Origin: Oligoflexia bacterium
GTDB taxonomy: Bacteria > Bdellovibrionota > UBA1018
Length of the DNA: 64,000 nt
Assembly (NCBI GenBank): GCA_903895855.1
Contig: CAITVN010000238.1
Span: 10,331-74,330 of the forward strand
Direction of reading: 5' to 3'
Shown: positions 59,184 to 64,000 of the stretch, piece after piece
Position numbering within the stretch: position 1 is the stretch's first letter
Layout of the letters: every line of letters begins with the position of its first letter
Made by a program: the position numbers and the translations under genes
Notes under the pieces: model-generated
What the model saw: the letters and a program-made list of their open reading frames with translations, nothing else
Database searches by the model: none
Told to the model about the DNA's origin: nothing

Positions 59184-59768
59184 TCATTGCGCCGAAAGGG
59201 TAAAACGCTGCTTCTTCTTTTCACAGCGTTTGGTTTTGAGATTGCACATCGAAAAACTGGCGGTGCCGACTAAGTTGGGCGGGTCTTTTTCGATTTTTCC
59301 AGTAACTGAAATTTGCGCCTGTTGAGATTCTCTCGGCCAGTCAGCCTCAGTGATTGAGTCAGGGTTGAGTTCTAAACCTTCTTGGGTGGTAAAGCTGACC
59401 AGAAAAGGTTCATTCAGGCCTACGGCGAGTAGCGGGTTGGTTGAAAAAACACTCAAGATGAGCTTGTCGCCTTTTTGTAGCAGTTTGAACCCGTAGGGGG
59501 GATTAGGGTCGATGGCAGTTCTTGGGTCAGGTTTCTCTTCGACCTCTTTTGGATTGATCGTGATCGGCTTTTGATTTTTGACCGTCACCTCGAATCGCTG
59601 CCCTTTCGGTATGGGTTTTCCAACCGGTACAGCTGATCCCGACCAGGGCTTAAGAAAAGGATTCGGGCTCGGCTCAGTCGCTGGTGAATTGGGTGCGCCC
59701 CAAGCTACTTGCCAAGTGAGCAGCAATGTCGTTAGGTTCAATAAAGCTAGGTGATGTTTTGATTTCAT
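59184..59768 (-). CDS. Hypothetical secreted protein
   Basis: Signal peptide ending AWG; C-terminal C-x5-C. Confidence 0.65.
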   Translation of the reverse strand: MKSKHHLALLNLTTLLLTWQVAWGAPNSPATEPSPNPFLKPWSGSAVPVGKPIPKGQRFEVTVKNQKPITINPKEVEEKPDPRTAIDPNPPYGFKLLQKGDKLILSVFSTNPLLAVGLNEPFLVSFTTQEGLELNPDSITEADWPRESQQAQISVTGKIEKDPPNLVGTASFSMCNLKTKRCEKKKQRFTLSAQ

Positions 59769-59809
59769 TTGGTTTCGCTCGGCACTCATGGGTACGTTAT
59801 GAATCAAGT

Positions 59810-60307
59810 ATGAGCGATGCCACCCCAACTGTGAAGAACAATTTTGAATCGGCCATTGCGGTTGCGTTGGGTCTGGCCGAAGAAGCAGCAAAGAGAGATG
59901 AAGTGCCCGTTGGTGCGATCGTGTTAGATTCGAACGGCCAGATTATCGGGCGAGGGGCGAACGATCGCGAGCAGACGCGCAATCCACTTCGACACGCTGA
60001 GATGATTGCGATTGAAGAAGCGGCCGGGTCGATGAAGTCGTGGCGTCTAACTGGGTGTACGTTGGTGGTCACGTTAGAGCCTTGTCTGATGTGCTTGGCC
60101 GCTGCACAACAAGCCAGAATTGGGCATGTGGTTTTCGCAGCCAAAGACCCCAAAGGCGGAGCCCTCTCTCTTGGGCACCATTTTCACGAAGACACTCGGC
60201 TCAATCACCGCTTCACGGTTGAGTATTTAGAAACCCCCGCTTGCGGCGAAGTATTGAGCCGGTTTTTCAAGCAGAAACGTTTGAACAAGGTAACTAACGA
60301 AAGCTAG
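59810..60307 (+). CDS. tadA: tRNA adenosine(34) deaminase
   Basis: EVPVGA, HAE, WRL, TLEPCLMC, DPKGG, LNH. Confidence 0.92.
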   Translation: MSDATPTVKNNFESAIAVALGLAEEAAKRDEVPVGAIVLDSNGQIIGRGANDREQTRNPLRHAEMIAIEEAAGSMKSWRLTGCTLVVTLEPCLMCLAAAQQARIGHVVFAAKDPKGGALSLGHHFHEDTRLNHRFTVEYLETPACGEVLSRFFKQKRLNKVTNES

Positions 60308-60309
60308 TG

Positions 60310-61110
60310 CTAAACGGATAGATTGAGCGGCTCAGCTTGCAGTTCGAGCATTCGTCGAGAAAATTCTTCTTCAGGCAGTAAGTATCGGCCTTGCCGGTAG
60401 AATCGACCAATTTTTCTCAATCGTTGCGTGATGGCCTTCATTGTTTTTTTCTTCGCTCGATCGAGCGGCGCGAATTTTAGACCCACTCCTTTGGGGTGAG
60501 TGACTGAGCTTTGACTTCTCCAGACGATTACGCCAGACATTTCCATTTGGGTTTTGAAAACTGAGAATCGAATGGTGATCCACTCGTCTTGCAGTAGGTC
60601 TTGTGAGATGCGAATAAAGACTCCGCCGGTACTCATATCGAGAATTTGGCCATCAGCTACAGCCCCGGTTGACCTGATAATCGTGGTCGGTATTTGTAGC
60701 CGGTATCGTGGATTACTCTCCCACCAACGAATCTTCGGCAGTAAATAAGGTACTGCGACTTCTCGGCCAATTCGAAAAATGAGATAAATCGAGACGATCA
60801 GCGAGCCAATAAAAATGCCAACGGGATTTTCGGCAGATCCATATTCGGCTAAGATAATGGCGACCGAATAATTGATTAGAATATTTGTCAGAAGAAAAAT
60901 GTACCAAGCCCAGCGTTTCATCTCCCAAAGTCCAAACCCGGTGAGCACCGCGATGAGAGATAAGAAGTAGTAAGAGGGAGATAGCAAGAGACGAACTAAC
61001 GACAATGCAGGTACCGTAAAAAGAACCAGCGATACGCCTAAGAAGGCGATCGGAAATGCAAAATACCCAATCGCTACGGCCTTTAAGAACCGTGTGGAAT
61101 ATTTCTTCAC
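60310..61110 (-). CDS. Membrane protein with C-terminal PilZ domain
   Basis: Four TMs, then RWWESNPRYR and DMSTGG (DxSxxG), G.G.KF. Confidence 0.85.
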   Translation of the reverse strand: MKKYSTRFLKAVAIGYFAFPIAFLGVSLVLFTVPALSLVRLLLSPSYYFLSLIAVLTGFGLWEMKRWAWYIFLLTNILINYSVAIILAEYGSAENPVGIFIGSLIVSIYLIFRIGREVAVPYLLPKIRWWESNPRYRLQIPTTIIRSTGAVADGQILDMSTGGVFIRISQDLLQDEWITIRFSVFKTQMEMSGVIVWRSQSSVTHPKGVGLKFAPLDRAKKKTMKAITQRLRKIGRFYRQGRYLLPEEEFSRRMLELQAEPLNLSV

Positions 61111-61160
61111 AGTTTTAGTTTAGCACGGCGAGTTGAAACTCGCCAAAGGGAAGATTTTGC

Positions 61161-61601
61161 CTACTTTTGAATGAGCTCAAGGCTATCGCTACCACCCAGC
61201 ATTGCCCGCACCACATCACCAAAGGCTAAAATGGTTTTCTGTGAGTAAACAACCCGGCCTTCTTCATTTTTGATAGTCAGATCGTTCAAGTCACCGTCAT
61301 CGGCAAAGATTGAATCTTCAATCGTGGCCACAAACTTCTCGCCGTTTAGAGTGAAAGCAGCAGTTGCCTCGTCTATCTTGAGTTTTTCTGGGCATCGGCT
61401 TTCGATTCGCGAGTAAACCATGTTTCCGACTGAGTTTAGGCTGTAAGGCTGAACGGCGCACTCTTTTGTGAAGGCGGAGAGATCAGACGTCGAAAAAATT
61501 TCTGTGGCTAAAGCTGATTTGCTCAAATTAAAACTCACCAAGTTAAGCGCGAATGCGAGGGTTGATAATAGAGCGACTGAGTAATTTCTTGAATGCTTCA
61601 T
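61161..61601 (-). CDS. Hypothetical secreted protein
   Basis: Signal peptide ending ALA; DDGDLND acidic motif. Confidence 0.6.
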   Translation of the reverse strand: MKHSRNYSVALLSTLAFALNLVSFNLSKSALATEIFSTSDLSAFTKECAVQPYSLNSVGNMVYSRIESRCPEKLKIDEATAAFTLNGEKFVATIEDSIFADDGDLNDLTIKNEEGRVVYSQKTILAFGDVVRAMLGGSDSLELIQK

Positions 61602-61665
61602 ATAATACCTTTACGGCGATATTGAACTTTCTGAAAGCGACTATTTAGCATAGAACTATTCCATT

Positions 61666-62538
61666 ATGGAAATAGACCATCTAAAAATTATTCGAGTGTT
61701 AATGGCAGATCCGAACCTCAGTCGGGCGGCCGAACGATTGCACCTCACTCAGTCTGGTTTGTCAAAACGCCTGCAAGCAATCGAGCGAGAACTGGGATGT
61801 GACCTTTTTGAACGTCGCGGTCCCAAGGGTCTTCGCGTCTTGCCGCAAGCACTTGAGCTTGGGCAAGTGGCTGGTCGAATGCTTTCGGCCTGGGAGACCG
61901 CGGTAAAGCGGGTACAGCGCGAGGCTTCAGAACCTCCACATTTTGTTTTGGTGGGGCCCCCTCTTTTTTTGCGAGAAGTGGTCTTGCCTTGGTGGACCCT
62001 AAATTCTCAAAAATACCCAGAGATTCGCCTAGAGGTGCAAGTCGCCTCATTACAAGGGGTATCGCTTGACACGGTGGCTACTGACGCTGATGCCGGAATT
62101 CTTGAGCACAAAGAAGAACTCGGTGATTTTGTCTGCAAGCCCCTTTTTGTTGAAGAATGGGGAGTGGTTCGAAATCCATCGGTTCAAAAAACTGAGTTGA
62201 AAGATTACCTCTGGGGTACTTATTCACCGAGTGTGAACTTAGTTGACACGTGGTTGGTTCAACGCCAGAAGATGCCTCCCCCGGTCTATCGCTTCTACTG
62301 GGAAGACATGACAGCGATCGCTGTTTGGGTGGCTAGCACTCCCGGTGCTGCCAGTGTTTTGCCTCATCATGCGATTCGTTGGCTTGAAAAAAAGAAGCGG
62401 GTAGTTTTCGAACCGTTGGGGGTCGATGCCACTAAGAAACTCTATTTGGCGTTCAAGAGAAATAATCCGCATAAAAAGCTCATTCATGAGTTTCTTCAGC
62501 TTCAAAATGTTGATATCACTGAGCACGAATTGCGCTGA
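61666..62538 (+). CDS. LysR family transcriptional regulator
   Basis: LSRAAERLHLTQSGLSKRLQAIERELGCDLFER. Confidence 0.92.
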   Translation: MEIDHLKIIRVLMADPNLSRAAERLHLTQSGLSKRLQAIERELGCDLFERRGPKGLRVLPQALELGQVAGRMLSAWETAVKRVQREASEPPHFVLVGPPLFLREVVLPWWTLNSQKYPEIRLEVQVASLQGVSLDTVATDADAGILEHKEELGDFVCKPLFVEEWGVVRNPSVQKTELKDYLWGTYSPSVNLVDTWLVQRQKMPPPVYRFYWEDMTAIAVWVASTPGAASVLPHHAIRWLEKKKRVVFEPLGVDATKKLYLAFKRNNPHKKLIHEFLQLQNVDITEHELR

Positions 62539-62541
62539 ATC

Positions 62542-62579
62542 AGCACTGAGTAAAATTCATGAGCACTGAGCAAAATTCA
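62542..62579 (+). repeat. Tandem 18-bp direct repeat (20-bp period) between the two LysR genes
   Basis: agcactgagtaaaattca / agcactgagcaaaattca. Confidence 0.75.
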
Positions 62580-62590
62580 AAGGAGTCGCT

Positions 62591-63580
62591 ATGCAGCTTT
62601 CACAAATCAATCTGAATCACATTCGAGTCTTTGAAGTTGTTTACCGTACTAAAAGCATGACTGCTGCGGCAACTGAACTTCACTTGACCCAATCAGGGGT
62701 GAGTCAGCACGTCGCAACGCTTGAAGCGCAGTTAGGGGTGAAACTCTTTGATCGAGTCAAGAAACGCTTAGTTCACACTTCTGATGCTGAAGAGTTGTAT
62801 CTCGCCTGTGCGCACGGGTTGACCCAAATTCAAGATGGCCTGGCGGCTTTGAGTGGTGGCAATGAAAAACTGTCGGGTTGGGTGCGAGTCGGCATGCCGA
62901 TTGAATTCGGAAACAACCAAGTGCTGGCGCGATTAGGAAAATTTTCGTTAAAACACCCTCTCGTGCAGTTCAAGATCGTTTATGACTACGCCTCGGTGAT
63001 GAACGAACAATTGTTAACGGGTGCACTCGATTGTGCGTTTGTCGATGACTTCGCTATGGACCAGTCGATTCAGGTCGAAGAAATTTATGAAGAGATTCTC
63101 GAAATGGTCGTTCAAAAAAATCTCTGGCAGAAGCTGACGCAAGCACAAGCGAGCTCGAAAAAATCACAGGTGAGTTTTCTCACTGATCTCGATTTCGTTG
63201 ATTATCAAATTGATGCGCCATTGGCCACTCGTTGGATTCGGCACCATTTTAAGCCAAAACACGTATCTCTTCGGGTGAAGGCCTGCGTGATGGATGTGAA
63301 AGGTGTGTCTCGTTTGGTTCAAGAAGGCCTTGGGCTTGGGGTGATACCTAGGCACGTGCTCGAACAGTCGGCACGACTCAACGCTACCGTACAGGTGGTT
63401 GAGGGGGGGCCGAAGCCCTTGAAAAATCCGATCAGTTTAGCGGTCGTCAAAGGTCGCACCCAATCGCGGGCTTCGCAGGCGCTCATTCAATTTATGAAAG
63501 AGAGTTTTTCACAAGAAAAATTACAAGAAAAACAAAGTGAAAAACCACAAGAAAGATCGGCTCCAAAAAAGAATTCGTGA
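62591..63580 (+). CDS. LysR family transcriptional regulator
   Basis: SMTAAATELHLTQSGVSQHVATLEAQLGVKLFDR; AAGGAG RBS. Confidence 0.93.
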   Translation: MQLSQINLNHIRVFEVVYRTKSMTAAATELHLTQSGVSQHVATLEAQLGVKLFDRVKKRLVHTSDAEELYLACAHGLTQIQDGLAALSGGNEKLSGWVRVGMPIEFGNNQVLARLGKFSLKHPLVQFKIVYDYASVMNEQLLTGALDCAFVDDFAMDQSIQVEEIYEEILEMVVQKNLWQKLTQAQASSKKSQVSFLTDLDFVDYQIDAPLATRWIRHHFKPKHVSLRVKACVMDVKGVSRLVQEGLGLGVIPRHVLEQSARLNATVQVVEGGPKPLKNPISLAVVKGRTQSRASQALIQFMKESFSQEKLQEKQSEKPQERSAPKKNS

Positions 63581-63751
63581 GTAGAACCGAAATCAAGACC
63601 GATCGAGATTGATCAACACTGATCAATAACGATCAATACACGACCGATTGATTGCGCTTATGGCGCCGAAGGTACTTTTGGTAACTCATTATCTGGTAAC
63701 TAATAATCTAAACGGTACGACTAATCGAACCAAAAATCAGAGAGGCGCAGT

Positions 63752-64000
63752 CTATTTTGCTAAAGCAGCAATGGCCGCGTCTTGATCAAAAGTGAAAATT
63801 GCTGATCGCGCTTGCTCTGCATTTTGGGGATCAATCGCCATTCCTGAGAACGTGAAGGCCACTTTCTTAGCGTCGAAGGTGCCAAAAATATCCATGATCT
63901 GTTTGATTTCGGTGATAGTAGCAATTCGACCGGCGCCACGCTTCTTTGCGTCTGTGATGAATGAACTGAGTACTTCTTCTTTGTCGCTTGAAAACGTAGC
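63752..64000 (-). CDS. C-terminal fragment of a gene entering from the right edge
   Basis: 83 open codons ending ...DAAIAALAK* (TAG 63752-63754). Confidence 0.55.
   Translation of the reverse strand, partial: ATFSSDKEEVLSSFITDAKKRGAGRIATITEIKQIMDIFGTFDAKKVAFTFSGMAIDPQNAEQARSAIFTFDQDAAIAALAK

Larger units (their letters stand above)
57590..59204. mobile_element. Single-gene islet bounded by perfect 24-bp direct repeats
   Basis: gcctcattgcgccgaaagggtaaa at 57590-57613 and 59181-59204. Confidence 0.75.

Noticed and set aside
594-63355. Numerous 60-160 aa ORFs nested in or antisense to long genes
   Set aside because: Shadow ORFs without motifs or RBS

Overview
Bacterial chromosomal window, most likely from a Bdellovibrionota/Oligoflexia-like organism. 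This is an inference from three TIGR02147/DUF4423 paralogues, many orphan secreted proteins and lipoproteins, a membrane PilZ protein and amino-acid catabolic genes. Housekeeping genes include rnr, a UbiB/ABC1 kinase, a TruC-like synthase, tnaA, an orphan sdhC, pckG, tdh-kbl, tadA, two LysR regulators, tRNA-Leu(CAG) and tRNA-Asn(GTT). Accessory DNA is interspersed among them. (1) 18.7-22.3 kb is a translationally coupled four-gene operon: a multi-TM protein fused to a HIGH-type nucleotidyltransferase, a GNAT, a secreted M20 peptidase and a cysteine hydrolase. It lies next to a MenAT-like toxin-antitoxin pair at the tRNA-Leu 3' end. (2) 31.8-36.9 kb is an integrase-free cluster of ATPase and TA cassettes punctuated by a conserved ~67-bp hairpin repeat, and most cassettes carry their own tandem palindromic operator. 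(3) A 1.6-kb single-gene AAA-ATPase/nuclease islet is bounded by a perfect 24-bp direct repeat that duplicates the overlapping stop regions of two convergent genes. (4) The TIGR02147 genes are paired with secreted proteins. No CRISPR array, rRNA, integrase or transposase was seen. All family assignments come from motif recognition by eye, not database searches.
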